From positions 1-64,000 of the forward strand of contig NIVC01000327.1 in the NCBI GenBank assembly GCA_002269645.1: 64,000 bases of DNA, read 5' to 3'. Shown piece by piece: positions 1 to 11,467 of the stretch. A program made the position numbers and the translations under genes. A model generated the notes under the pieces. It worked only from the letters and a program-made list of their open reading frames with translations, was not told the origin of the DNA and made no database searches. Every line of letters starts with the position of its first letter. Position 1 is the first letter of the stretch. This stretch comes from Macrostomum lignano. Lineage: Eukaryota.

Positions 1-469
1 AACAATAACAAGTCGTGTCTGTGGTATCGAACGCTTGAAAACTCAGATTTCTATGTCTAAAAAGACAAAAAAAATTGAAAAAAATGTCACACTCTTTACA
101 CAATAAGACAATGTAATTTTAAGTTTAAAGATAACTTTTAATCACACACGGAAAGATCCAGCGACAGCGTGTGTAACTGGTCCGGCAAATGTTTTCTGAG
201 AAACGTGAGACACTTAAATTTGTGCGAAAATGCTTCGTAGTAATAACTTTACTAGTTTCGAACCACTCCTAAAAACAATCAAACAGAACATTCTCTGCTT
301 TTGTCAGTCAGTTTTTACCCAGATCCAAGGCTCCAAGACATATAGGTGTTGAAATGTTGATTTTTTAATTAAGTTGCAAAGATTCATCTTTTGATCGTTT
401 GAGATACTGACAACAATAACAACATGCAGCAACAACAAAAAATTAACAGTCAGAGTCAGGACTCCAGGT

Positions 470-2800
470 GTGCCTAATGGACGCACTGGAGCGACCCGGC
501 GGGGCGTCACCACGGGGGCGTTGCGCGCTAGGGCGGAAGAGGTCGGAGTTGACGTCAAGATTGAAGCAGGTGTCCTCCCAGTGCAGCCGCTTCGCCCAGG
601 GCGATGGTGCTGCGGAGGTGGGTGCGCGTCTGTTGAAGAGCGGCAACGTTCTGCTCCGTGGCGTCGAGTTCGGCACAGCTGCGAGCAGATTGACAAGCCT
701 CTGGGCGGCGTCGCAGTCGCTGTTCCAGAAGGACTTGAAGGCGCCGCGCGACGCGCCCCCGCGAGATAGTGTGGGACGCGGCGCGCAGGATGTCTGCCAC
801 AGTAGTCTGGCCCACACACGCATCGCCTCCACTAATCAGGAAAAGGCCGAGCTTTGCGCCACCATCTGCGCCTCCGAGTCCAAACTCGAGCCCGGCCCAA
901 CGACCGTATAAACACGCGCAGCGAAGCCTGCAACGCTTTCCTAGAGCTTGCCGCGCCACTGAAAGCCGCCTCGACATCGAAAAGGACTTCTCACAGGCCG
1001 AACTCAAAAACGCTATGAAACGTCTCAATTCAGGCAAGTGCGCGAGCCCCGACGGGATCTGTATAAACGAGATGCTAAAACAGCTCCATGCTACCGCCGA
1101 GGGTCGCCTTCTGGACCTGATTAAGAAGTCTGCAAAGGCCAGCCAGTGCCTTCCGGATGGACAACCATCGTCCCGATCCCAAAGAAAGGAAATGAACCCG
1201 GCAAGCCGACGTCCTACAGGCCAATCGCGCTCACCAGCTGCAATTGCCAAGCTCACCGAGTGCCTCGTCCAACAACGCCTGTCCTACTGGCTGGAATCCA
1301 ACGGCGTCCTTACGCCCAACCAGGCTCGACCAGGACCTCGGTATTCCCGCACGCTTTGTGTTCTGGATCCATCGCTTCTTGAGCCACCGCCGCACGAGGG
1401 TCAAATGGGTCAACGGGCCAGTCGCGAGCGGGTCTTTGAGGACGGCCTCCCCCAGGGTAGCGTCCTAGACCCCTTCTCTGGCTCATTTTCGCGAACGACC
1501 TCCCGGCCGCCATCAGGACCGCTATCCCGGACTGCGGCATCAACTTGTTCGCCGATGACAGTAGCTTCCTCGCCACCCCGCTGCCTCACCGACTGCACCG
1601 GCATCATCCAACCAGCCCTCGATGCCACGGCGGCTTGGTGCGCCCGATGGAAGGTTCGAATTCTTCTTAGTTACGACAAATATGAGTACTCGACCTTCAC
1701 CCTCTGTCCGTCTGAAACAAACGACTCAAGATTAGCGGCCATGACATCGCCTTCAACCAGAACCCCCGCCTGCTTGGCGTCACCCTTGATGGCCAACTCA
1801 ACTTCCCAAGCACGGCTAGGAAGTTCGCCGGCGATGACCCAGCGCCGCAGCGCCCTCAACGCCTTAGCTCACCGCAGTACCGGCGAGGACACGTACCAGA
1901 GTCCTGCACACAGCCTACATTGCTACCATCCGGGTCTGTGCCGACATGGCAGTGCGGTCTGGGCTAACGGGGCCGCCCCAGGACTCGACACGGCATCGAA
2001 AGCCAGCAAGCGATCTGTGCGCGGCTGATCGCATCTTTAGTCATCTTTGGCTCTACTCCGTGGAAGCTATCTCCTGGAGGCGAATTTCCACCCAATCAGT
2101 CTCGAAGCCCGAAGATGGGCCCTGATGGCCTAAGAGAAAGCGTCCTGCCGCCTCATCGACCCGTTTCGGCAAATCTGCGACAGGCACCTGAACATCCGTC
2201 TGGCGGCTAACAAAGGCCTTCTTCGCGAACAAGCCAGAGCCTGCTGCGATGCCATGATCGCTCCGCCTCGTCTGTTTTTCCTCTCATCCACCATCCTCCT
2301 TCGGATTCTCTTATCGATTGTGGAGTCCATCTGCATGTTTACAAAGCTCCCAGAGTTCGATGGCATCCGTGGCAGTGCTCTCCGCCATTGAGCTGCGCTG
2401 CCCCGACTCGGCCCTCTACTTCACCGATGGCTCCGTCTCCGGTGGTATCCCTAACGGTGGGTCGGTTTGGATCCTGCTGCATAAAGAAAACGGCTGGATT
2501 AGCTGCTGTGGCCACGCTGCCATCGGCCGATGGTGCAATTCTTTTTCTCCACCGTCTCCTCCTCCATCAAACAGCGCCTGACCTCGATCGCCATCAGAGT
2601 TGTCCTTCCTTTTGTTTGCTTTGCCGTTCCATCTGGAGCCGCAGCCTCCTGGGTTGGCGCTGTTCTCGCGGGCGTTCGTGTCTTGATAGCCAGCCTATCC
2701 GTTGGCTCGATCCTCCGTGATCGCGGAGCTCTGCCGACCAGAGGTCGATTCGGTGGCGTCGGTCCCGTTCTCTCCGCCCTGTCCGGGGCGTCCTGTTGAT
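470..2800 (+). mobile_element. Degenerate non-LTR retrotransposon (LINE) ORF2 fragment: RT + RNase H
   Basis: RT motifs are split over several frames: ELKNAMKRLNSGKCASPDGI, WTTIVPIPKKGNEPGKPTSYRPIALTS, TECLVQQRLSYWLESNGVLTPNQ, GLPQGSVL, and catalytic LFADD (FADD at 1548-1559). An RNase H-like start (ALYFTDGS) lies at ~2410. Many frameshifts and stops; boundaries approximate. Confidence 0.85.
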
Positions 2801-3112
2801 TAGTTTTTTTTTGGGGGGGGGAGGGTTGCCACGTAGGAATGAAATAGATAGATAAATGAAAAAACCTCCATATAAGGGCCTTGTAAAACCGAAAGCGCAA
2901 GACACCCCTGCTGACATCATGCAACCTTTCCAGCCTAATTTATATCAGCTTCCCCTCTTTTGAGTCTTGGCATTTCAGCATTCTAGTACAGGGGGCATCG
3001 GGATCCCAGTAACGATCTTTAATATACAACAATCTGACGTTTCTAAACTCCTCGCGATGAAAGTAGGCACTTCTCGAAAAACGGTCTCTGCTTAATTGTT
3101 CATGATGATGAG

Positions 3113-3180
3113 GGGGGCCGTAGCCCAGCAGTAGCGCAGCTGCTCTGGTGTGCCAGCGACCCAGGCTCGATTCCAAGTGC
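3113..3180 (+). mobile_element. Possible tRNA-derived SINE head (degenerate)
   Basis: A-box-like TAGCCCAGCAGTAG and B-box-like GGCTCGATTCC at tRNA-like spacing; no intact cloverleaf. Confidence 0.35.
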
Positions 3181-3745
3181 AGTCACATTAATTTGGGGGA
3201 ATTGGAATCTCGGCTTGGCTCTGCTCGTGCAATTAACGGCCTTGAGAGCCAACCCCCCAAGGCGCAGTGAAGTGTACATGCCTAACGATAATATAAAGTT
3301 AGGGCCGCTGTACACTCCTGTGTGAGTGTGTGCCTGCGTACGTATCCGCTCGCTTGTATGCCTGCTCAGGGGAGTCGGCGGAATGGGCAGTAATGCCTCT
3401 CGCCGGTTGTGTGCCTATGTCGCTTAAAGTGCGCCAGGGTGCACACAACCCCCCTGCCTCTAAAAAAAAATTGTTCATGAGCTACGAGGCAATTACTCTC
3501 AAGCATGGAAACAATGAATACTCTCTGTCCTGCAATCACATTCGATCGCAAAAAGATTTACTTATAAGCTCGTATGTGCTAATAGCGATGATTACATTAT
3601 TAGCTCGGCACCAACTCTAAAAAACGAGTAAATCTGTCTTGTCTACGAGCGTATTGTCGTATACTTTCTCTACGGTAGAACCAAATAGACAGCCAAAGAG
3701 TTTCAGCATGTTAAAGATTTGCTGTGGCCTACAAAACTTTCTCAC

Positions 3746-5588
3746 CATCAAAGCTTCTAGAAGCTCCACCACCGACGCAGCAGCGTTTAACAGTTCTGAG
3801 CCAGAGTACACAAAACTGCCGCCGCTTCCGCCGCAGCCTCCATAAGAACGATTGGTTGTGCCGGCCGCCTGTCCAACACCGATTTTTAGAGTGTCTCCAT
3901 TTTTCCAAGGCGAAATATATCCAGTAGACAAGGCTCCTCTGCCGCCGAGCTTGCCAGTATTGAGGTTGCTGCCGCCGCTGACCTCGATACTGTAGCAGCC
4001 AGTCATCGTGATGGTCAGCTGCTGCACTGAACCGCGTCTTCCCGTGCTGGCTTCTGAATAAAATTAAATCGTGCATAGAAGGCAATTGGGAATCTGCATG
4101 TACATGTTATAGTTGGCACTTTGCTGTGTGACGATAGCTATCAACAAGCCAAATAGGATTAACTATATCCATACTGATACAAGCACACATACACCGGAAA
4201 AGTACGCAAACATAAAGTCTCTCAGAGGAGGGAGAAATATGACTTTCTCTGTACCAGTCTTGTTGGACACCGTGTCTTCGACTCTCTTGGACCCATACGC
4301 TATCGCTTCGATCAAAGAGATCTATAGCACTCACTTCGAAATACGGATGGTGGCTTGAACCGACGCAAAAAGACCTGGATGTGGAAGTCCTCTCGCCGCC
4401 AGGCGCGCAGGCTGGAGTCGTTCAGATCGCGGCTCCCAGCTGCCTGTCGACGCGAGTCTCCTGAGGCCGCTGGCACAGCGCATTGTCGTGCACTACCAGC
4501 TGCTGGCAGAATCTAGTCGATGGTATGAAGACAGCCACCAGGCAGTCACGTGACCGGCAGATAGCGAGGCACTCAGAGTCGGAGCACAGGCCGGTGGAGT
4601 TGAAAATCTCGCTGCTCGAGGAGGCGTTGAGTTGGACTGGGGCCTCCGTGAGATCGATGGCGGCGCAGCATGTCTTACGTCTGAATTTCTGTCTTTAAGG
4701 ACTTCGCACACTGAGACTAACCTGAGAAATTCGAGATTCGAGGGGTGTCCGGTAAGTTCTGATACTTAATCCCCGAGCAAAAACAGTAGCAGCTGCAAGC
4801 ACAACAACTCTTCGTTCCAATGAATTTAGTCGCGTGTATTTTGGTCATTTCACTCAAAATTTGTGTGACAAACAATCTCAATGCCACTAATACATGTAGT
4901 CTTATAGTAAAAGTTAAAAAATTAAAAAGCGATGTTTTGTTCTCAAAGAAGCTCTCTTTCGATTGCACACTCACGATGGTGTCAATAATTACAAAAATCC
5001 AAACACTTCAGTAAGTAAAATTTCGTAAGTGTACTCAGCAACATCGAAAAGTCGCCATCACTGAAGATTGACCGTCTGTGGTTGCCACTGTTGAGAGTGC
5101 AGGTGAAGTCAATCTTTGCGAGTGACGCAACTCAGCTACGCCACGTGGCAGACTTGAGTTGAGGAATGAAGTGGGGGAGCGGTGTGCGAGGCTTGGATTT
5201 AAAGTGCCGGGATTTTCCGGACGTCTAAAATGTTTAGTGTAGATCGTCTAAAATGTCATTTATCGTTGGTTACAGGATTCACACTTGTCAGAAACTTACT
5301 AGTAAGCGAATCTCGTAAACGTATAGATCGAGGAAGGTAGAGTGGCCGCCAACTACTCGTACAAATGAAACTCAATAAGCGGGAACTCCAAAAAAGATCT
5401 GTGATATAGATTAATAGATCATTGATAGACCATTTTATTACATGAAACAGACAGAAAGTTTGGCCTAAATTATCACAAAATGTGCAAAAACCATCGCAAC
5501 AAAAGCAAAAAATTAAGTTATATTCACCCTGAGCCGCAGACGCCATCACGACTATCCAAGCTTGAAGCGACAGTAGAGTCAGTCTCAT
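3746..5588 (-). pseudogene. Disrupted gene for a secreted-type protein: signal peptide + Cys-spaced PAN/apple-like segment + ALK/LTK-type glycine-rich domain
   Basis: Candidate signal exon 5588-5528 (MRLTLLSLQAWIVVMASAAQ, GTGAAT donor). Segment ~4680-4340 reads CSDSECLAICRSRDCLVAVFIPSTRFCQ. Exon ~4055-3746 reads GCYSIEVSGG...GGRGA...LKIGVGQ...GGSGGSFVY...NAA/VGGGA, matching the glycine-rich domain pattern. At least two frameshifts; exon linkage is inferred. Confidence 0.5.
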
Positions 5589-5837
5589 AATCGGTGTCAG
5601 TTTTATCAGTAGCTATGCAATTACAAATTCGACTAATTTTAATGCGAAGCCAGTGAAACTAAAGAATTGAAAAGCTTGTCTCTCAAATACGGCTACGGAA
5701 TGCAAACCTGATAGTGTTTCACCTGATAGTAATTCAAAAGAATGAACATCGCGTTTTTTTTCTAAACGACAGAGAAAGTCTACGTATTCAGGAAAGAAAC
5801 TACATCTGCATGTGGTATCTCGTATCAAGTAGCAGCA

Positions 5838-7472
5838 TCAAGTAGCCGTCGCCTTAACTTCCTCTGACAGATCGTCATTGTTTTGTAGATTAGTCACCCG
5901 AATTTTCGGTCCGAAAGCGACATCGTGCACCAGTTCCAGCAGCTCGCACAGGGTCAGCAGGGACATGCCCAGATACACGCCCATTATGCCGCCAACGTCC
6001 GAGATAAAGTCGGAAAAGTTGTAATCTTTGGAGAATGTCACCCTGTCGCACAATACGCGCTCCGGCTTAAAGTGCACTTTCAACAGATTGCTGCTAACGT
6101 AGGAGGCAAAGTCGCTTGTTGAATAGTTGTTCAAGAGGTAGTCGAGAGCCGGGACGCTCTGATTTTTTGCTTGAGCCTTCAACTGAGCCAGCTTCACCGA
6201 AGTTTGAAGAAACGATTCAGCCGAGCTTTGTGTAGGCCAATCGGCACTGGAGATGCTGACGCTGTAGTCCATCAGGCTACATGGACGCTTTGTCTTGCAG
6301 AGCTTTTGTGCCTCCACCTCAATCCTATTAATCCGCTGTGCTATCGAAGCATTTGAGCCAACTCTGATCAGGTCAGCAATTGACACAACTGAAAAGTTAT
6401 AAGCGAATGCCTTTCCTCTCAACGGCCATGGCAGAGGTGACTGCAAACCAGACGAGTTTATTATCGACTGGTACTGCCTATGGTACTCATAGTAGTAACA
6501 ATACGAATAGCTGTACGAATAATTGCTGGGCGTTTGATCGTACAAATTCACAAACTGAACATCCGCAGCTTCGCTCAGACAGTCGTCAAACTGGCCTTCT
6601 TTGTACACGTGCTGCGTCATCCCAATTAAAACGGTGTGATGCTTGGCTGCATCCAGAGAGAATGACTTCACAAAGTCGGAGGGAATTTCTCCCGGCTGGG
6701 TGAGGAACACTCGAGCACCAGACCGCCTGTCCGTGCTGATCAAACTGAGTTCCGACAAGAGCCAGTCAGACAGGGGAATTGGGACACCAAAGATGAACAC
6801 ACCAGAGTCGATTCTGACTGATGGGAAACCCGTGTCAACAAACAGACTGAGGATCAGTCCTGAGTTGGAGCCACCTCGTGAGATTTTTTTCTGCAACTCA
6901 CTGCTCAGTTTCCACTTTTGGCAGCGAAGAAAGTTTGGGTCGTAGTAGGCTTGTGGCTGCAGGACTTCATATCCAGGTAAACCAGAATCCTGTTTGTAGA
7001 TGGCGTAGCTTTCAATGACTGTTTGCTCGGTTCTGTGACCAAGCTTGTCTACCAGGAAAGTATACGGAGCAGACTGCGGCAGCAGCCCTGAAAGATTCCT
7101 GATAAAGCTTCTTGCTGTGAGATCGTCCATTCCCATAGCCATGCAATCTGCATAAAGATGATAGAGTCCTGATAAAAGCGCTGAGCGGACCGTTGCATTA
7201 TCAAGCTGGCTGGAGTAACTTGACGATATTGGGTTCTCGAGGCAGACGTAGATATCGGGAAATTGAAACTCTACCTGGTTAGCCTCCAGGGTCGATGTGA
7301 CTTGCTGAGACTGCAGTTTGATAATAAAGTCGGAGAATCCTTTTAGAAAGAGGCCCAGCATAGCGAGGTAAAGCAGTAGCCAACCGACGCGTACATAAAT
7401 CGGCTTTCCAGAGACGGTTCTGGGAAGTCCGTGAGCCGTTGTCGATTTCAACGCTGCTTTCAGTGGATTCAT
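5838..7472 (-). CDS. DEG/ENaC (ASC-family) amiloride-sensitive cation channel subunit, intronless CDS, ~544 aa
   Basis: Pre-TM1 STTAHG motif, TM1 GWLLLYLAMLGLF, post-TM1 FPDIYVC, TM2 DFISDVGGIMGVYLGMSLLTLCELLEL with GxS filter. ORF is open from 7535; the Met at 7472 aligns with the paralog start. Confidence 0.92.
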   Translation of the reverse strand: MNPLKAALKSTTAHGLPRTVSGKPIYVRVGWLLLYLAMLGLFLKGFSDFIIKLQSQQVTSTLEANQVEFQFPDIYVCLENPISSSYSSQLDNATVRSALLSGLYHLYADCMAMGMDDLTARSFIRNLSGLLPQSAPYTFLVDKLGHRTEQTVIESYAIYKQDSGLPGYEVLQPQAYYDPNFLRCQKWKLSSELQKKISRGGSNSGLILSLFVDTGFPSVRIDSGVFIFGVPIPLSDWLLSELSLISTDRRSGARVFLTQPGEIPSDFVKSFSLDAAKHHTVLIGMTQHVYKEGQFDDCLSEAADVQFVNLYDQTPSNYSYSYSYCYYYEYHRQYQSIINSSGLQSPLPWPLRGKAFAYNFSVVSIADLIRVGSNASIAQRINRIEVEAQKLCKTKRPCSLMDYSVSISSADWPTQSSAESFLQTSVKLAQLKAQAKNQSVPALDYLLNNYSTSDFASYVSSNLLKVHFKPERVLCDRVTFSKDYNFSDFISDVGGIMGVYLGMSLLTLCELLELVHDVAFGPKIRVTNLQNNDDLSEEVKATAT

Positions 7473-8035
7473 GGCGAGCCTGCAGGTACTGCTGCTCCAA
7501 GTAAGTGAAAAAACGTTGGCAAGTTTCTGCCTCATGCAGTTGAGAATGATTGGGTTTTTCTAGTCATCTATAGGCTCTACCGCATTGGTTACTTTGCGGA
7601 CAGACTAACACAAGTAAAGGCAGGTATGTCCATGAAAAATCGATCGTCTAACTAAATAGAGAGCACCTGTGTACACATCGCTTTCTGCCGCACTTTTCAG
7701 CGCCTAAACAGTAATCTTGTAACAATTGCTTTAAAACTTGATAATAAATTCAGCGAAAAACAACTTTGTCATACATGCAGTCGGTGGCCAATAATTCAAA
7801 CAAAACTGATATTCATTCCAGATTTTGAAAGGAAAATTTATTTCATAACAGTTTAACTTTTCTCATTGTATATTAAACTAATACAAAACTAATTTAACAA
7901 ATGGTTTCGCAGAGAAGTTTCAAAAACTCGAACAAAAGGGCCGCAAACAACCTAGCCGAAGGATGAAAATAGAATAAAAATTGTCATTTTAGAAAGTCAA
8001 CATAAGTAGAAATTATAAAGCTGTTTTAAATATGC

Positions 8036-9621
8036 TCATAAGGATGATTCCGTTGATTTTTTGTCTTCTGCTAAAGCGTCAACTTTCACTGATTGATCAG
8101 CTTTTCTTTTGAGCAGAAAATTCGCTGATATCTCGTAGATCAGTTCGAGAACTTCACACAGCGTCCACAGCGACATTCCCAGGTAAATTCCCATAATGCC
8201 ACCAACATCGGATGTGAAATTCGATGCTCCGTAGTCTCTAGAGAACGTGATCTTGTCGCACTGAACTTTACTCGGTAGAAAGTGCACTTTAAGCAAGTTT
8301 CTGTTCGAGTAACTGACGACCCTGTCGGCGCTGCCGCTAAGCAGAAAGTCCAGCGCCGGCACACTGAGATTCTGGGCTTTGGCCCTGCTCCAAGACTGGA
8401 AGATGAAGCTTCTGATAAACGGATCGAGCGAGCTGAGCGAAGGCCAGTCAGTGCTGGAGATCCGAACGCTGTAGTCCTGGTCGCTGCATAGCCGTTTTGA
8501 TTGACACGCCTTCACGGCATTCACACGAGTCTGGTTGATCGCAGCATCGCAATATTCTCCAAGCGAACCATTCATGGCCAATACTGAGAAAAAGTTTGGC
8601 AAACCAGTTAGGTTGGTCACATATTTGTAGCCTCTTAATGGCCACGGCATTGGGCTAATCTCTCCGGACAGTTGCAAGCAAGTCTGACACTGCTTGTGAT
8701 ACTGGTAGTAGAAGCAGTACGAGTAGCTGTAACTGTACTCATAGGGAGTCCGATCGTAAGGGTTCAAGAACTGAACTGGGGGCTCATTCTCCAAGCACTC
8801 GAACTGGCCAGATTTGTACTGATATTTGGTCATGCCGATCTCCACGGTGTGGTGCTTCCCGGGACTGAGCGTGAACGACGTCGTGAAGTCGGACGGGTAC
8901 TGACCCGGAGGTGCGAGGAACACGCGGACACCCGAGCTCCTGTCTGGACCCACCGGGTCGCCAAGAGTCCAGTCCGAGGTCGGGATCGGGGTGCTCTGAT
9001 CGAACACCTTCTGTTGAATTCTGTTAGAGGCGCTATAAATATCGGAGAAGTTTTGATCGATAAGAATTCGAGCAATTATGCCTGACGTCTTTCCCGCCTG
9101 CAAAATTTTTGCTTGCATCGAACTGTTGAGGGCCCATTTCAGGCAGCGAAGCCACTTCGGATGATAGAAGCTTTCAGGTCGAAGGTCCCGATACAAAGCC
9201 GGTAAGGCAGGGACTGCGGATACATGAAGCTGAACTCTGCTTCAGTTTGCCGAGCTTCTTCACCTGTTATACCCAGCATTGCGATATAGTTCTGTATGGC
9301 TCCGCTTGTCGCATTCAATCCCGCATTGATTTCATCAGCTGTGGCCGCATCGACCCTCGCGGAGTAGCTTCCAGAGATTGGACTCTCGAAGCACATGTAC
9401 ACGTCCGGGAAGACGAAGCTCTCAACTCCCACTTCCTGTGTGCTGGTTGGCTCGTTCTGCTGCAGTTTAACCACAAAATCGCTGAATCCTGTGAGGAAAA
9501 GCGCCAGCATTGTGAAAAAGATGAGCAACCAGACGATTCGGATGTAAATTGGCTTGGCTGACACTGTTCTCGGGAGCGCATGCGCCGAAGTGTTCTCTAA
9601 AGCTGACTTTAGTGACTGCAT
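8036..9621 (-). pseudogene. Second DEG/ENaC paralog, frameshifted at ~9195-9210
   Basis: The 5' frame (MQSLKSALENTSAHALPRTVS, TM1, FPDVYMC) and 3' frame (LRPESFYHPKWLRC ... SDVGGIMGIYLGMSLWTLCE) both align with the adjacent paralog; ~82 nt are missing at the junction. Confidence 0.8.
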
Positions 9622-11467
9622 TGTTGCCCAGCAGAGTTTTCCGGAAACGATTTCTTCCTTATCAGCAAATTCTGGTCGTTTGTTACCGGTGGAGTTTCGC
9701 AGACATGCTGAGCCTGCTATATTCATAGCTTGCTTGTTAATAGGGTAGAGGTTCTCAACCGCACCTGTGTAAACACTAAAAAAGTTAGCCAGTGTATGCA
9801 TATACTCTCCAAATACGCTCATTAATTTGGCCTTCACAAATTCTTTCTCATATAGATTTTCCATGGCAACGCCTATAATGGCCCTCCAATGTCATTCATG
9901 GATGATTTTCAGCTTTGTATTCCAATGAAAAATGCTTCCGTTTGTTTTTTGTATAACTCATGTGTCCAGAGACCTATTGTGACCTGAGAACTTCAGACAA
10001 TAAGTTTTGGGCAAATATAAATCTTCTCGATGAGGTCAACGGATCGCTAATTACTATGTGCGCATACTTGAGCCAAAAATTCAGGACAACTGCCGGATGC
10101 AACTTTGTAAAATGTAACGGGCTCAAAATTATGATTCTCGCAATTTGTCCTACACGTACGAGCTACATGTACAGCGCTGAAGCGCTGAACTACATGTGTA
10201 CAACTGAATCGTATGTACGATATTTCATTTTATTGATTTGCTTGAGCCACTTCCAATCTCCGTGTGGTGCTTCGATCCCAGGACCTGAGAGAGGAATCCG
10301 AGTCAGCGAAATAGGCTAAATTGGTCTCTGGGTTGTTGGTGCATCGGATCATTAAAAATAATTTAGTGGTTAAAAAGCATGATGACCTCATCAGTTTTGT
10401 CAAATATAATTTGTAATCATTTTCATGTACATGTACATTTGTAATATAAAAAATCAGCTTGCATTTAAAAAATAGGCGCATGCGCATGCTGCAGCTCTTC
10501 CCGCACGATAATTCGACGTCGGACTGAACTTCCCGACGTCATATCGACGTTCTCGACTTCTGACCGACTTCGATGACAAATAAATTCATGATGTGCTTTA
10601 ACATATATATCGACGGATAACGACGTCATGCACATGTACGTCGGTTGAACATCGGTGCAATTTAAAAATACATATCTGCCATTATGTCGATAGACGTCGG
10701 GAACGTCGGTCGACGGCGGATTTCTGTACGTGTTTGTCAGCCCTGCTCTGTTGAGAATAGCTACAGTCTTGATATGATCCCGCGTTTGTCTTGATATTCA
10801 CGAGCTGCTGTACGACGCTGTCATAATTAAAGTGCTGCGGATATTAACTCATTGACCAAAAAACTTACATGATTTTATATAAGGCCCTCAGCATGTAATG
10901 ATGTATCAGTATCATTACACATATTTTTTTCTCTTTGGCTATACCACAGAACTGGGTCTATACATGTAAAGTGTTTGATAGAGTAAAATAGTGTTGTAGA
11001 ACTTATAATATTTTACAAGAAAAGAGAATCATCACGACATAAATTTTAAGTCAATATTGTAAGAGTTAACTAATTAAACTACGGATTTTTTAAGGTAATA
11101 TTTTGGTTAAAAACTAGTTGAAGGTTTAAAACTTTAGTTTCCTAATGTTATTTTGTTTAACCGTAAAAACTCATTTTACGCAATTCAAAATATTATTTCT
11201 TGCAATTAGGTCCGCGTTATTTTAACTTACAAACATCGATTTCATCATTAAAATTAAAATGTACCGGACCTCGAACAATTAATAAATACACTCGCTTATA
11301 TTCGCTAAACAGTTTTTTTGCCTGAGCTAAACTTACTACTACTACTACTACATTTACTGTTACAAAAAATGAATAAATTTCTTTATTGATAAATGACATA
11401 GGCCTAATCTGATTAGGGTCTAGGCCTACCATTTCAAAAATATTAAGTCAACAAAATGTTGTAGGTC

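Noticed and set aside
304-1859. Multiple antisense and overlapping ORFs at the window start
   Set aside because: GC-rich shadow frames of the decayed LINE.
9622-9864. N-terminal 81 aa of the 241-aa ORF of the second DEG/ENaC
   Set aside because: No similarity to the paralog, which starts at the equivalent of Met 9621; treated as upstream sequence.
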